Assembly: GCA_963733675.1 (NCBI GenBank)
Contig: CAVTET010000001.1
Span: 896,001-960,000 of the forward strand
DNA from: an uncultured Methanosarcinaceae archaeon
GTDB taxonomy: Archaea > Halobacteriota > Methanosarcinia > Methanosarcinales > Methanosarcinaceae
Reading direction: 5' to 3'
DNA length: 64,000 nucleotides
Part shown: positions 23,287 through 35,496 of the stretch, piece after piece
Layout of the letters: each line of letters opens with the position of its first letter
How positions within the stretch are numbered: position 1 is the first letter of the stretch
Made by a program: the position numbers and the translations under genes
Notes under the pieces: generated by a model
What the model was told of the DNA's origin: nothing
The model's input: only the letters and a program-made list of their open reading frames with translations
Database searches by the model: none

Positions 23287-23690
23287 ATGCAGGCTGAAGA
23301 GAAGAAAATGGACACTGACAGTTCAATAATTCAAATAAATCGGCCTTCTATTTACGATAATAAACATAACTCAAGAAGGGAAATCTCAAAAAATTCGAAT
23401 GAATTTCACGGAGAAAGTAAGCATAAACCTACTGGAAATACGCTGCATCATGATCATTCGGAAGATCAAGAACTACATGCTGCCGAGAAATTAGGCCATA
23501 AACATTTTGGGGAGTGAAAACATCATAATCATGAACAGCACGAATAGATGAAACATGAACAGCATAAGGGAAGTAAACATACAGTCCATGAGAAACATGA
23601 AGCAGTGAAGCATGAAAATTATGCCCCGTCAAGAGGAAGAGACCATGAAAATCACCATGCTCATATGCTTGCAGATTTCAAAAAAATATA
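23287..23690 (+). pseudogene. His-rich N-terminus of a CopB-type (P1B) copper ATPase, truncated
   Basis: His-rich repeats with stops, ending DHENHHAHMLADFKK, the typical CopB pre-TM motif. The rest of the gene is absent. Confidence 0.7.
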
Positions 23691-24280
23691 AAGTCGGTGC
23701 ACTAATATTGTTCCAATAACAGGTCAATAAAATTCATTGAGTTCGTAGGATACTGTTATGTGGGCATCGCCAACAATGAATCCTGCTCCAATTCATGATA
23801 AACTTTGCTTTCCAGAATAGTTAACTCATTTAAAGCTCGGACCCGTGCTACATAGTCCATTATATTGTAAATGAGCATTGGTTGAATGTCCTTTTACTAG
23901 GTATACTATTTTTGTCTCAATATCCCCACCTTTAACAATTTCTATATCCTGATAGCCTAACGAACTCTCAAATATCGTTGAACTCTACCCATGCTTAAGC
24001 CCATCAGCAAACAAATTATAACCACTTGGATTTGTCGTTATTTTTTGATCACCATTATTAAATAGACATTGAGTTCCAACTAAATGTTCATAACCCAGTG
24101 GAGCTACTTTTAGGCAATTTATTGATACTCGTCAACCAAATTTACACCCACCTCAACACATGCTCCAATGTCAAAGCAAAACAGATCCAAAAAACGTTGA
24201 GAAATGATATTTGCTTAGAACTATTAAGAATAGTTTTATGGGCCTTTAAGGATTCTATCCACTTGATTTTTCATTTCATA
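23690..24280 (-). pseudogene. Probable class I SAM-methyltransferase remnant
   Basis: Minus-strand fragments with several stops and frameshifts (FDIGAC..GG, ALNELT..LESKVYHELEQDSLL). Confidence 0.4.
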
Positions 24281-24392
24281 ACTAAGATAATCTTTATTCC
24301 AGTAACAAAACCAGTATTATTTTACGTATGATTATTGTTTTTTACGACTTTGTGCCCTCAAGCACGAGAATACATTAGACATTAGACATTGA

Positions 24393-24746
24393 TCATTTGG
24401 TCCTATGACCCATTATTCCTGTCCTATGACCTATCATTCCTGCCCTATGACCCATCATTCCTGTCCTATTACCACTCATTCCTGTCCTATTACCACCTAT
24501 TCCTGTTCTAGTACCATTCATTCCTGTTCTATTACCCAAAGCAGCTGGAGTTACTGTATTATTTGGAGTCACTGCATTATTTGGAGTTACTGTATTATTT
24601 GGAGTTGCTGTATTATTTGGAGTTACTGTATTATTTGGAGTTACTGCATTATTTGGAGCTACACCTCTATTACCAGTGCATCCTAGTGCAAGGAATACAC
24701 AGAATAATACTAACAATACTAACAAAATAAGCAATTCTTTTCTCAT
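24393..24746 (-). CDS. Small lipoprotein built of NN(T/A)VTP and G(N/H)RTGM repeats
   Basis: Signal peptide with lipobox LALGC, about six 18-nt repeats, about seven 21-nt repeats, and RBS GGAGGG. Confidence 0.8.
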   Translation of the reverse strand: MRKELLILLVLLVLFCVFLALGCTGNRGVAPNNAVTPNNTVTPNNTATPNNTVTPNNAVTPNNTVTPAALGNRTGMNGTRTGIGGNRTGMSGNRTGMMGHRAGMIGHRTGIMGHRTK

Positions 24747-25658
24747 TACTTCCCTCCACTTTAATTTAAGTTGCTTTTAATTATTGTCGACGTAGAAAAT
24801 ATTTACACATATACGCAACCATAATCACAGGTAACGCCTTGAAACGTGCTGTTAATCATTGACACTAATCTCAGGCGAAAGGGTAGAAAACCTCCGCTGG
24901 CATGGAAAACCCGGAAGATAGAAAGTACTGGCACAACCTGTTCGCCTTTTGGAGGCCATAGAACGCATAGTATATTTTACGTGTCACCTATGTTTCTTTA
25001 CAGTTACAGCACCTTAAGTTAGTTAAGTGTTGGTATTTAAGTTCGAAACTATACATGCATTGACTTTTAAAGTTATCTTAGAAAACCTAAAAGAAATGCA
25101 TTTTTTATATACATGTTTTAATTTAAGACCTATATATATTCTCAACATCAAATTTCCATTACAATTTTTTGTACTATTTACTACACTTACAAGGTTAATA
25201 GTATAGAGAAACGCAAACGATTTGAGTTTAAGCAAACTCGTTCTTAAATGATCGGGCCTGGGCCAATTTAAACCATTTTCTTGAGTAGGGTAATCACTCA
25301 TGGGATTAATTAAAAATTTACAATACTGGCTGAGATTAAGTCATTTATTGACGGGATAGGCGTATATCGGTTATAATTCATATGATCAGAACCACATAAT
25401 TTCAGTACTAATTGAGTTAAATTATTACTATTTAGGAGATATGCAAAAAAAGATATAAAGAATTAAATTTAATTATAAATTAAAGGTTTCCCAGCATCTT
25501 CAAGCAGACTTTCTATCGGACTGCAGGCATCTTCCACCTACAACTCTCAGAATTAATTTAATATCTCGCTGTAACGAATTACTTATATAAGCTTTATAAG
25601 CAATTGTTAAAAACGGAGATCAAAATTTGGACTGTGGAACAATACACTTTGACTTTTA

Positions 25659-27032
25659 GTGCCTCAACTGGATCTAAATAAACGCATACTTAATTATATA
25701 TTGGGTAATAATCCAAAAAAAAGCGTTAGAAACGTCGGAGTATCTTCACAAAATTTTTATCTAAATTCATGGTTCAATTTTGATGGCGAGGAAAAAGAAA
25801 TCGTGTCCTTAAGCTCTAAAGCATCTATCATTGAAAAAGGAGGATTAATAATATCATCATCCTTGCAACTCAGAGCCCTAAAGTTTGTCCTGCTGATCGG
25901 CGTAATGAGCTTTTTTGCAGACTTCGTGTACGAAGGTTCGCGAGGAATAATCGGCCCTTATCTTGCATTACTTGGAGCAAGTGCATTTACGGTTGCCGTA
26001 GTTACCGGATTTGGTGAATTCGTCGGGTACGCTTGGCGTCTTGTTTCGGGAAGCCTCAGTGATAAGACGGGGCAATTTTGGCCTATTACAATCTGTGGTT
26101 ATATTATCCAGATGGCTTCAGTACCGTTGCTTGCTTTGGTGGGGAGCTGGCAGATGGCAGCCGTGCTCATTATTCTGGAGCGATTTGGCCGGGCGACTCG
26201 TAACCCACCGCGCGATGTTATGCTTTCTTATGCTGCCCAAGAAATGGGAGGATATGGCTGGGCCTTTGGCATGCATGAAGCACTTGACCAATTTGGAGCA
26301 TTATTCGGCCCACTTGCTGCAGCCGGCATCCTTGCCTGGCGCGGTGACTACCGGCTCGCTTTTGCCATTTTACTCATCCCAGCTCTCATAATGGTCTCTC
26401 TCCTAGCTTTTGCACGCTTAACTTATCCACATCCAGAAGATATGAACGACATTCCCTCCAATTTAGAGACAAAGGGTCTCCCTTATGCTTTTTGGCTTTA
26501 TCTTGTGGGAGCTATGTTTGTCGCCATTGGATTTGCCGATTTTCCTTTCATGGCATATCACTTAGAAAAGATGTCTATAGTATCCACCTCCATGATTCCA
26601 ATTTTCTACGCAGTGGCTATGGGCATGAGTGGATTAGGCTCTTTACTCTTTGGCCGCCTCTTTGATAGTGTTGGCATTATCATCCTAGTTCCCCTAACTA
26701 TTATCTCTGCACTGTTTGCTCCATTAGTGTTTTTAGGAAGCTTCTGGCCGGCACTCATAGGAATTGCAATATGGGGTATGGGCATGGGGGTCCATGAGTC
26801 GATTATTCCTGCCGCAGTAGCCTTAATGGTTCCAGTTCAACGACGTGCTTCAGCGTATGGTCTCTTCACGGCAAGCTATGGAATCTTCTGGTTTCTGGGT
26901 AGTGCAGTGATTGGCAGCCTTTATAGCTTATCGCTGCCATTGCTAATCACGTTCTGCTTGGTTACAGAATTTGCCTCCCTACCACTGTTTCTCCTAGTAA
27001 AACAGCAGATGAGTCATAACTCAAGAGTTTGA
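25659..27032 (+). CDS. MFS transporter (true start probably ~25803)
   Basis: Multi-TM pattern with SFFADFVYEGSR, ERFGRATRNPPRD and AFGMHEALDQFGA. Confidence 0.88.
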   Translation: MPQLDLNKRILNYILGNNPKKSVRNVGVSSQNFYLNSWFNFDGEEKEIVSLSSKASIIEKGGLIISSSLQLRALKFVLLIGVMSFFADFVYEGSRGIIGPYLALLGASAFTVAVVTGFGEFVGYAWRLVSGSLSDKTGQFWPITICGYIIQMASVPLLALVGSWQMAAVLIILERFGRATRNPPRDVMLSYAAQEMGGYGWAFGMHEALDQFGALFGPLAAAGILAWRGDYRLAFAILLIPALIMVSLLAFARLTYPHPEDMNDIPSNLETKGLPYAFWLYLVGAMFVAIGFADFPFMAYHLEKMSIVSTSMIPIFYAVAMGMSGLGSLLFGRLFDSVGIIILVPLTIISALFAPLVFLGSFWPALIGIAIWGMGMGVHESIIPAAVALMVPVQRRASAYGLFTASYGIFWFLGSAVIGSLYSLSLPLLITFCLVTEFASLPLFLLVKQQMSHNSRV

Positions 27033-27199
27033 CAGTGGGATGATAAAATAGATCTAAATTACGCATAAGTTTATCGAAAAGTTAAAAACAGCAGTATATA
27101 CTTAATTGTCTAGATCTCAATAATTTTGATGAAGCTACTTGTGCTTTATTTTCTCCCTAAATCCCATAAGTCCCATATTCGTTTTTAGTCTTCCGGACC

Positions 27200-27545
27200 A
27201 AAAATCTTGTAAGCATCCCGAAAATCATCTGACTGAACTGGAAGCTTTTTCATTTGGGAGATTCTTATGCATTGTCAGTTGGAGCCTTAGAAATCCAACG
27301 CAACGATCACGTCTGTGGTTGAAAGCATTGCATGGACACAATAGAAATCCCCTCGATCCCTATTCTTAGATCTGCTGCTCCAACAACGGTAAAATGTGAG
27401 ACAAGAAATCCCGGCTATAGTCATCTGTAGATAAAAGAGCGCTCTCAAAGCCTATGGACAGTCCTGAAATAATATTATTTACAGCTCCGGTTTTAGACAA
27501 GGCTACGATCCTTTCCAAAGGCATGTGCTTGTAGAGGCTCTTTTG
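27200..27545 (-). pseudogene. hppA: Internal fragment of a membrane H+/Na+-translocating pyrophosphatase
   Basis: Minus-strand fragments SKTGAVNNIISGLSIGFESAL and MLSTTDVIVALDF..DNA match the HppA motifs TGAATNIISGL and MLST..VALDSYGPITDNA. Confidence 0.65.
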
Positions 27546-27774
27546 ACATAGTTATAAATTCACAATAGATATATTGAAGAAAGTAATATGAAGATTTTCC
27601 ACTCTAAATAATGTGGTTTTAAATTTACTATAAATTTTTTATTAATTAATAGTTCCCTATAATGTTTATGCATATATAACAATTATTAACCCATAATTTG
27701 TAGAATAACAAGTTAAGTGGTTTATGAGATGGCTAGTTTCCTTATTTGGCTTTCATTAGACTGAAAAGATTTCT

Positions 27775-27866
27775 GAGAACTTCGATAAACCCTTAAAATT
27801 CATCATATACTTACAAATGGTATATAAAAAGACTTATGAAAATCAGAGGTTTATCGAGAGATTCTC
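27775..27866 (+). mobile_element. ~90-bp MITE, copy B
   Basis: GAGAACTTCGATAAAC...GTTTATCGAGAGATTCTC with the family interior. Confidence 0.75.
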
Positions 27867-28632
27867 CTAATAAAATTTTTGTATCATTCTTGCCAAAAAT
27901 ATTTGTCAGCACATCGTTTCGATTAAAAGTTTCAGTTGCAAGAGTTGAGTGAGGTTCATTATATCTGTTCTTTATGATACAATTTATGGCGGAGCCTAAC
28001 ATAAGAACTTAATTATCTATGATCTTTTAGGGAAACTTTCGATAATGAATCGTATTATTAAGTGTAAGTTGTGAAATGAAGTCTGAATATAATTGATCTA
28101 GCTCTTTATGCATAAACACCTTCTTGTGCATTTTCAACTATTTAAGGATAGTAGTAATGAAGACAAGTATATGATTTTCTAAACCGCAAGACTTGGGAAC
28201 TATTTCTGTCAATTTGAATTACAAATTCAGAGGCTAGTGGAATTGCCTAAAAAGCTATTTTGACATCCATGATCAAAGTTACATTTGTGCCGTCGATGAC
28301 AATTCAACTATTTGTTTTTAGACTATTTTGAAAACTAAAATTAAAACGAACTTCCTCTAAAAATAATCACAAAATTAATGTTCAAAAAATTGCAAGATTA
28401 AGGATGGTTTAGATAATTTCGATAAACCTTCTATTTAACAAATTGTTTATATAAGCGTTATAAACAAACAACTAAAAAATGGAATTCATAGAAATCCTCT
28501 TTGATCTATTTGAGCCTATTATTCTAAGAATTTAACATTTGTTTTTGGGAAAATGTAGAAAGAGTATTATGCTAAAAATTGTCAATAACTCATGAATAAG
28601 ACCTCAAAATCCTAAGTTGGATATTTCTCTAA

Positions 28633-28980
28633 TCAAACAAGCTTCAGGTCTCGAGTAACTTTATCTATGAGCTCTTCCTTTGCTGGCCCGATTCCAAGAA
28701 CAGTGACTGTTCCAGGAGGAATTTCCGTGAGTCCTGCATCCTGTATCAAGGCTGTTGAAAGTCCTTGACGTCTTGCTTTTTCTTTTACAACGTAAAGGTC
28801 CTCAAGAGTAGGAACTTTAAGGACAACTTTTTTCTGTCCGCCTTCCTTCCATTTTTTAACATCATCTTTAGTTGACCAGTCAGCTGCAGAAATGGCTGCG
28901 TGAGCTACCTGTACTGCAAACTTGCCTTTAGAAATTTTAAGATCGTCACGAGTAACTATGCACTGTTTATATTCACTCAT
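28633..28980 (-). CDS. pth2: Peptidyl-tRNA hydrolase 2
   Basis: [20 protein letters not shown] and [19 protein letters not shown] motifs. Confidence 0.95.
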   Translation of the reverse strand: MSEYKQCIVTRDDLKISKGKFAVQVAHAAISAADWSTKDDVKKWKEGGQKKVVLKVPTLEDLYVVKEKARRQGLSTALIQDAGLTEIPPGTVTVLGIGPAKEELIDKVTRDLKLV

Positions 28981-29080
28981 CCTTTACCTCAAGCATATTC
29001 AAGGTCAGCCTATTTCATAAATGTTTTCAGTATTGTTTACTATGGCTGTTTTACCCTGAAAAGACATCTAATAAACTATA

Positions 29081-29170
29081 GAGAATTTCGATAAATCTCT
29101 AATTTTTAAAAGTCATATAGATACTATTTTAGAAGTACATGAATACATAGAAGGGTTTATCGAAATAATC
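29081..29170 (-). mobile_element. ~90-bp MITE, copy C (diverged, inverted)
   Basis: GAGAATTTCGATAAAT...GGTTTATCGAAATAATC. Confidence 0.7.
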
Positions 29171-29190
29171 TGTAGCGATTTCTAAATATA

Positions 29191-29335
29191 ATAAAACATT
29201 ATTATATGTAAGCTAATTATATCAAATTAATGATGGTATTTAATATGTTTACTATGAATGATATTGCTAAACAACCCTTAGTTTCTGTGACAAAACAAAA
29301 AAATTAAATCTTAAGCCTTATTATTGATCAAAAAT
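29191..29335 (+). repeat. Dispersed intergenic repeat, copy 1 (other copy 55281-55425)
   Basis: The core atatgtttactatRaatgatattgctaa is 27/28 identical between copies, and both are preceded by aacattRttatat. Confidence 0.65.
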
Positions 29336-29944
29336 GGCTTGAGTCCAGTAAAGTTGCAGAATATTTTTTTGGACTATTGCTCAACTGTACATTGTTAAAT
29401 AAAGCGTGCTGAAGAAAAAAGTTTATTTTAGACTTAAATATAAACATAGTTAAAGAGTAAAATCTTTTTTAACAGAAGAACACCTTTTTGGGTTAAAAGA
29501 AACACTTTCAGAGCTATACCACCATATAGTGTTTATAATCGTGGTTAGAAAACAACAAACTCAATCCAATTTTTAAAAAAGGAACTTAAAACATCTTATT
29601 CTGAATCAAGAATTGGACTAATTATTAAGACTTAGAGTTTAGGAAAATAACTATATCTTAGACTAAAATGAATAAACTAAGCACTTAATACTAAATTTAT
29701 AGCTTAAGTTCAACAAACATATTCTGAATTTTGAAATCGATTCATTACCCATCCTATGATAGTTTTTGTTTGTATTCCAGCATATATAGATATCGTGAGA
29801 TTAAGACCCAAAACAGATTAAATATACAATTAGTTCAAAAGCCAAAATCACTATTAGAGAATTTTATGCTGAAAACTAAGAGTTGTATATGTACGATCTC
29901 AGAATTACATATAATGCAGTATCATTCCTATAATCATTACTTAA

Positions 29945-30033
29945 GAGAATTTGGATAAACCCCTCGATTTCTTCATATGCCCATAAATTGGATATAAATT
30001 ACTCGTGAAAATTAGAAGTTTATCAAAACTCTC
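29945..30033 (+). mobile_element. ~90-bp MITE, copy D
   Basis: GAGAATTTGGATAAAC...GTTTATCAAAACTCTC. Confidence 0.8.
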
Positions 30034-30066
30034 TAAACTATTTTGTCCAACATTTACAGTCATTTT

Positions 30067-31038
30067 CTATAAAATATCCTGTATGTTATCAAGAATATAC
30101 TCTGCAGAATTTATTCCCAATGCATCAAATATTCCTTTCCCAGAAGGTGTTCCATTGATTTCAAGAATTTTAGATGTTTGTTCAATCCCATTATATTCTT
30201 TACCATTTTCTACGTTCAGAATCCCAGTAAAACACTCAATGATGTCAACACCTGCGAATGTTGTGCCTATTGCAGTGGAAGCTTTTTCTGCAATTTCTTT
30301 TTGTTCATAGGTAAGGATGCAGCGATCCACACTACCACCCTGGCTGAGGTTGTTTACCCAAGAACCTGCAGCAGCTTTCCGATAAATTGCACCAATTACG
30401 GAATCTCCAACAACAAAAACTCGGATATCTCTCCCCGGATTTTCTATAAACTCCTGAATATATAACATCCCCCTTTCTTCGAGCAGCTTTTCAAGAGCAG
30501 ATTCCAGAGGTGCAGACTCAGGTTTTCTGTCCGAAAATCGAAGTTCTCCATCCTTGATTCTTGCAATATTCTTTCCTTTATATCCAAAAGTAGGTTTTAT
30601 GACAGAATCTCCGAATTTTGATACTAGCCTGAGAGCAGATCTCAGATCCTGCACTGCCATGGTTTTGGGTGTAGGCAGACCAGCTTCTGCCAGAAGATAG
30701 GAAGCATGATACTTGTTTGCAGCATTCTGGATAGCTTCAGGAGAATTAATGACCGGAATTCCGCCAGCCTCAAGTTCCCTCAGGATGTCAAACCTGAAGG
30801 AAACCCCATCGAAAGCCCCTGCACCCATATCCCTCACAATAAGAGCATCAAAGTCCAAGAGGGAGATATTGCCAGCTTTAAAATAAACTGTCGATTTGAT
30901 GCTTGTTGAATTTATGCTGACCTCTGCAATCCTAAGATCCAGAATAAAAGGTGAAAAGCCTCTTTTCCTTGATGCATCAATAAGTGCCCGAGCTGTCCAG
31001 TCTTCTGGGTCGGTAACTATGATACCTATTTTTTTCAT
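30067..31038 (-). CDS. mptN: Tetrahydromethanopterin:alpha-L-glutamate ligase (RimK-family ATP-grasp)
   Basis: [45 protein letters not shown] and LEINGTPSG motifs. Confidence 0.85.
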   Translation of the reverse strand: MKKIGIIVTDPEDWTARALIDASRKRGFSPFILDLRIAEVSINSTSIKSTVYFKAGNISLLDFDALIVRDMGAGAFDGVSFRFDILRELEAGGIPVINSPEAIQNAANKYHASYLLAEAGLPTPKTMAVQDLRSALRLVSKFGDSVIKPTFGYKGKNIARIKDGELRFSDRKPESAPLESALEKLLEERGMLYIQEFIENPGRDIRVFVVGDSVIGAIYRKAAAGSWVNNLSQGGSVDRCILTYEQKEIAEKASTAIGTTFAGVDIIECFTGILNVENGKEYNGIEQTSKILEINGTPSGKGIFDALGINSAEYILDNIQDIL

Positions 31039-31339
31039 AAAGTATCATCTAAGGGATACCAAATCAAGTTTACGATAAAGAAATATTGGAAAACTTTTCA
31101 GCCATCAGCGTGAACAAAGCGGAATTAAATTCAAATTGAATTATAAAATAAAGTGCATATGTATATATTATACCATGATGAAAGACGATGAACGAAATCA
31201 AAATTAATTTATACACACCATCCCAATCCAGAATGTAAAGAAAATTTTGATTTACATCTAATTTATTTCTTTGTGGGAATCCTGTTAAGATCTTTCTCGC
31301 TACTCCTGTATTGGCCAGATTTGTTCTTTCTAGATTCAT

Positions 31340-32333
31340 TATTCTTTGATTTTTAAGATAGCTTCAGCTATCCCTTAAATATTCTTTTTAGATTCAATGT
31401 CATCTACTTGATAGATATTATAACACAAAGCTGTATACAACATCTTCAGACCTCCTTTTAGACAGTAGTGACAACAACTTATTCTGCTTTGGATACCTTT
31501 TTAGTGATTGCATAAACTCGTTGCACTTAAGCTTTTTTGAGCTAATCCTCTTATTTCTTAATACATGACTCATTTTCAGAAGAGATTCTTTCCCCCTCTT
31601 TTCATTATTGCATCATAACCTTCTGATTTTGCTCCAAAGTATCCCCAATCTCTGTAAACCATTTCATTTTTTCAGATAAATTTACTTGGAAATCATGAAG
31701 TTGTAAAATTGTTGTTTCGAATTTTCGGATAGTGTCGCGATCCCTTTCTATTATGCTATGAAGTTTATATCAAAATGTGACTTATCACCCTTTTTGGCCC
31801 AGGATCCTTCTCTACTTCGTCTTATTTTGCATTATTTTCTCGATGTTTATCCGCTTTTGCATATCCAATATCTGAATGGATAAAAGTAGAGTCCTAACAA
31901 TTACCTTTGTTATCTTCAACCCAAGACAATCAAGGTGGTTTTACAACTGTATCTACATTTTATCTTCTTTGAAGTTATCAATCGTTTTTTAGAAATGAAC
32001 ATACTGTTTACTTTCTGGTATTTACTCAGGAAAACCAGAAAATTTTCTGAAAAAATTCGATCAAACATTGTTTCTCAAGTTACAAAACAAAATATTACCT
32101 TAGCTTCATGGATCCCTATTGAGACTTTTTTGAATAGATTCGTGGGCTCAAAAATTATATGAAAAGATTTCCAATCAATTAAGGAATCAATTCTAGCAAG
32201 TTTGCCTCCAACTGATTAAAGAAATATGTATTTCGTTTAAAATCAAATTAGTAAGAGTTTTCATGAGTAAAAATTATTGTTAAAAAATTTAAACTCTTTA
32301 ATACTCACTGCATAGGAGTTTATCGAGATTTTC
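31340..32333 (-). mobile_element. Decayed IS5-family element (second type)
   Basis: Minus-strand fragments MKTLTN..KLARIDSLIDWKSF, GSWAKKGDKSHF.YKLHSII and MVYRDWGYFGAKSEGYDA. The left end GAAAATCTCGATAAACTCC matches the MITE TIR. Confidence 0.75.
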
Positions 32334-32699
32334 GTCAATATCTATTGAACTCGGCAAGCTGAGATCACCTGAATTTCAGCCATAGTGGAGATATCTTATC
32401 TACTCTTCTTTTGGAAGGATTTATGTAATCTTTCTAGCATTGAGCTTCACAACAGAAAGTGGATTCAACCTAACATAGCTAATCCAAAATCTGTTCAGGA
32501 TAAAAATTCGTTTTATTATCTTCAGAATGTCCAAATTTAACAATGTATCAGCAAATATATAAACTGGGAAAACATTTATAAACTGTATTCGCTTTAAAGT
32601 TTAATTATAACACTATCATTTGAAAATCTATATAATAGTTCCATGATATTTTTTAGTTGACAAAATATCTGTAAAACTAACATTATCGAAGGAGTTAAT

Positions 32700-33098
32700 A
32701 TGAAAGACTACGAAGTAAAAGTGTTGGACGAAAAAGATCAACTATTCATTGAAACCTTGAAGAATCTAGGGATTTCAAGAAATGTGGCTACTATCGTGGC
32801 TTATCTTATGAATGTAGACGAAAAGTCATCTCATGAAATTGAAATAAGTACTGGATTAAGGCAACCAGAAGTCAGTCTTGCGATTAGATTAATGCGCAAT
32901 AATTTCTGGGTAAGTGTGCGATCGGAAAAAAAGCCTGGGAAAGGGCGACCGATGAATATTTATTCCCTAATAACTCCGGTTGATGAAATTAGAAGTTATT
33001 ATGAAAACAAAATTTACAAAAATTATAGAGGGACCATTTCAGCAATCAAGAAGCTGAAGATAATTAGCAAAAAGGTGCCCCTTACTCCTTCAAAATAA
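32700..33098 (+). CDS. Winged-helix transcriptional regulator (Methanosarcina-expanded family)
   Basis: LGISRNVA, EIEISTGLRQPEVSLA and KGRP motifs. RBS AAGGAG. Confidence 0.85.
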   Translation: MKDYEVKVLDEKDQLFIETLKNLGISRNVATIVAYLMNVDEKSSHEIEISTGLRQPEVSLAIRLMRNNFWVSVRSEKKPGKGRPMNIYSLITPVDEIRSYYENKIYKNYRGTISAIKKLKIISKKVPLTPSK

Positions 33099-33526
33099 AG
33101 ACCTTGAGCAGAATTAGCTACACAACTGCTGATTATCCTTTTTGGGATTCGTCATGCTGGTAAAATCAAATTTTTCAGGATTTTTCGTATCTTATCTTTA
33201 TTCCTCCGAAAACTTTCTTACAAGATTCTAGGTGGTTTGCATCTCAGATGTAAAAGAGTATTCCTAGAAACCTTTGATTTCACTGAATCAATTATATATC
33301 ATCCATATTCATATGATAAAATTATAGGAGTTATATATATCCTCAAAAGTTAATCTTTGCCTCCTTGGCTCTATATTGCAGCTTTTACTAACTGCCTACA
33401 TTGGTATAATTTTTAAATCAATTTCCTTCATAATTTTTAGATCTTATCCAATGACTAATGATATTTTTTCCCCTAAACAAATAGTTACCTTTATTGAATA
33501 ATGAATGAAATAGCTCAATTCCATTT

Positions 33527-34201
33527 TCAATTCTCATACCTCAACGGATCTGTAGCATTGTTTCGTTCAAAAGCTTCTAGTCTTTCAATACACGAACCGC
33601 ATTTCCCACAAGCGAGTTCACGTCCATTATAACATGTCCATGTTTTGGAATAATCAACCCCTAGCCTAAGTCCAATTCTCAAGATATCTCCCTTTGTTAA
33701 ATTTAGATAGGGGGCCTCTAACTCAATAGATGTATAATCACAAAGTTTCAACACGGATTTCATGGATTCTACAAATTCCGGTCTGCAATCTGGATAGATT
33801 GCATGATCTCCAGAGTGGGCTCCGTAGAGTATTGTATTGATTCCTCTTGAGATCGCATAAGAAGCCGCTAATGCAATTAAAACCATGTTCCTGTTAGGAA
33901 CTACGGTGCTCTTCATATTCGATGCAGCATAGTGCCCTTTTGGAACTTCTATTTCACATCTCGTAATAGAAGATGGTGCAAGAGAGTTTAGAACTTCGAG
34001 ATTATAAACCCGATGAGAAACTTTCAACATCAAACATGTCTCAATCGCATAGTGAACTTCTCGATTATGTTTTTGATTATAGTCAAATGATATCGCTTTA
34101 ACTTCGTATCCCCTACTAACTATGTCGTACAGGAGGGTTGTGGAATCAAGACCGCCGGATAAAATAATTACCGCTTTCATATGTGCCTCTGGTTTCTCCA
34201 A
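33527..34201 (-). CDS. queC: 7-cyano-7-deazaguanine synthase (start likely ATG 34180)
   Basis: LSGGLDSTT, VPNRN, YPDCRPEF and the TWTCY...CGKCGSCIER Zn site. Confidence 0.95.
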   Translation of the reverse strand: MEKPEAHMKAVIILSGGLDSTTLLYDIVSRGYEVKAISFDYNQKHNREVHYAIETCLMLKVSHRVYNLEVLNSLAPSSITRCEIEVPKGHYAASNMKSTVVPNRNMVLIALAASYAISRGINTILYGAHSGDHAIYPDCRPEFVESMKSVLKLCDYTSIELEAPYLNLTKGDILRIGLRLGVDYSKTWTCYNGRELACGKCGSCIERLEAFERNNATDPLRYEN

Positions 34202-34521
34202 AATGGTTTATGAAACTGACTGAGAAGACTTTAATTTTAGCAATAATACTTTTCTAAATTCTCCTTACATAATATCTGAGAATTGTCTTTTTGGCTATTT
34301 AGATGCCCTATGATAAGATGATTTAGAGAATCGTATCGATTTTTCTGTGGAATCACATCCAAAATCAATGTTCACCTCTCTGACAGGATCACTTTTCACT
34401 AGAAAATAATTTTTAATAAACACAAAACAACTGAGACCCATTTTTTAAATTATTTCGATTTTTGAGTGAATTAACATGGAATGTTCAAGGAAATTTGGAT
34501 CCAGAAACTTAAGATCATAAC

Positions 34522-35082
34522 TTATTTTTTAGTATCCAGTTTTGTCATGAGCCCAGCTAAATTGGCTGGGATCGCCCCTATTGCTGTGCATGTCTCAAGA
34601 GAAAGCCCTTTACAAGTAACGTCAAGATGGTATTTGCCTCTATTTACAATTTCTTTTGGAAGTCCCTTATGCCCCAATCCTACAAGGAAGAGAAATGATT
34701 GATTTCGGAGGGCATTTTCAGCAATTTTTCCAGGCAAAACCTGCTTTTTGGGATCTGGTTTTGAGGTAGTAATCACAATTTCACCAAAATGAGCTGGAAA
34801 TCCTTTCTTTGGAAGATCGGATACCGACAAATGGTTTTTTTCATAAAGAATCTTGAGATAAGTTCCTGAATCTCCTATAGTGGTTTTTTTCATCACAAAA
34901 GCTACCAATTCTTCTGCATTCATTTTGAATGGGAAATCGTAAAAGGAAAGATGGAATCCAAAAGCATGACATATTGGAGCAGCTCTTGCAATTGCACGGT
35001 AATGAGCATCGAGAACTTTGATCTTATCGTAGGTATTTACTATCCCAAGGGTAAGCATAAGATGTTTCATTAGCTTTTTCAT
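34522..35082 (-). CDS. DUF531 family (SPOUT-like) protein
   Basis: MLTLGIVNTYD, AHYRAIARAAP, TTIG, GLGHKGLP and SLETCTAIG motifs. Confidence 0.8.
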   Translation of the reverse strand: MKKLMKHLMLTLGIVNTYDKIKVLDAHYRAIARAAPICHAFGFHLSFYDFPFKMNAEELVAFVMKKTTIGDSGTYLKILYEKNHLSVSDLPKKGFPAHFGEIVITTSKPDPKKQVLPGKIAENALRNQSFLFLVGLGHKGLPKEIVNRGKYHLDVTCKGLSLETCTAIGAIPANLAGLMTKLDTKK

Positions 35083-35496
35083 AAAATAATGTTTCGTTAA
35101 TTTTGGAAGTTCTGTTCTAAATTTATAGAACTTACGCAGTAGTAAACTCTAAGCAAGTTATTATATCAACTTTGGTAATATCATAATAAACTTAAGTTTT
35201 ATCTAAATTTAACTAGATAAGTAGTTGATGCAACTATTTTTATTTTTGTTTTATTTTCGAATCGGGAAATTCAGTTTCTTATTTTTATAACTACAGCCTT
35301 ACGAAACTCTCAACGAGAACGCTACCTGTACTCCCTTTGACCCTTCTGTTCTTATTTGGCACTTTTCCACACCACATAAATATTTCATTCATCTATAGAA
35401 TTTTTCAAATTACCAGAATTTGTCAGCTAGATCTTTTCTCTTGGACTCATCCCTATCCAATATATTGGTGATCTAATTTTGTACATTTGTTTTTGG

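Noticed and set aside
24405-24686. Plus-strand ORF with SYCIIW and HSCP repeats, or a CRISPR-like array
   Set aside because: It is the antisense shadow of the lipoprotein repeats. The units are contiguous 18- and 21-nt repeats with no spacers.
24830-24990. GC-rich segment with a possible stem aggcgaaagggt / acctgttcgcct (riboswitch candidate)
   Set aside because: No recognisable riboswitch consensus. One frame reads like a protein C-terminus (MENPEDRKYWHNLFAFWRP*), so a gene remnant is at least as likely.
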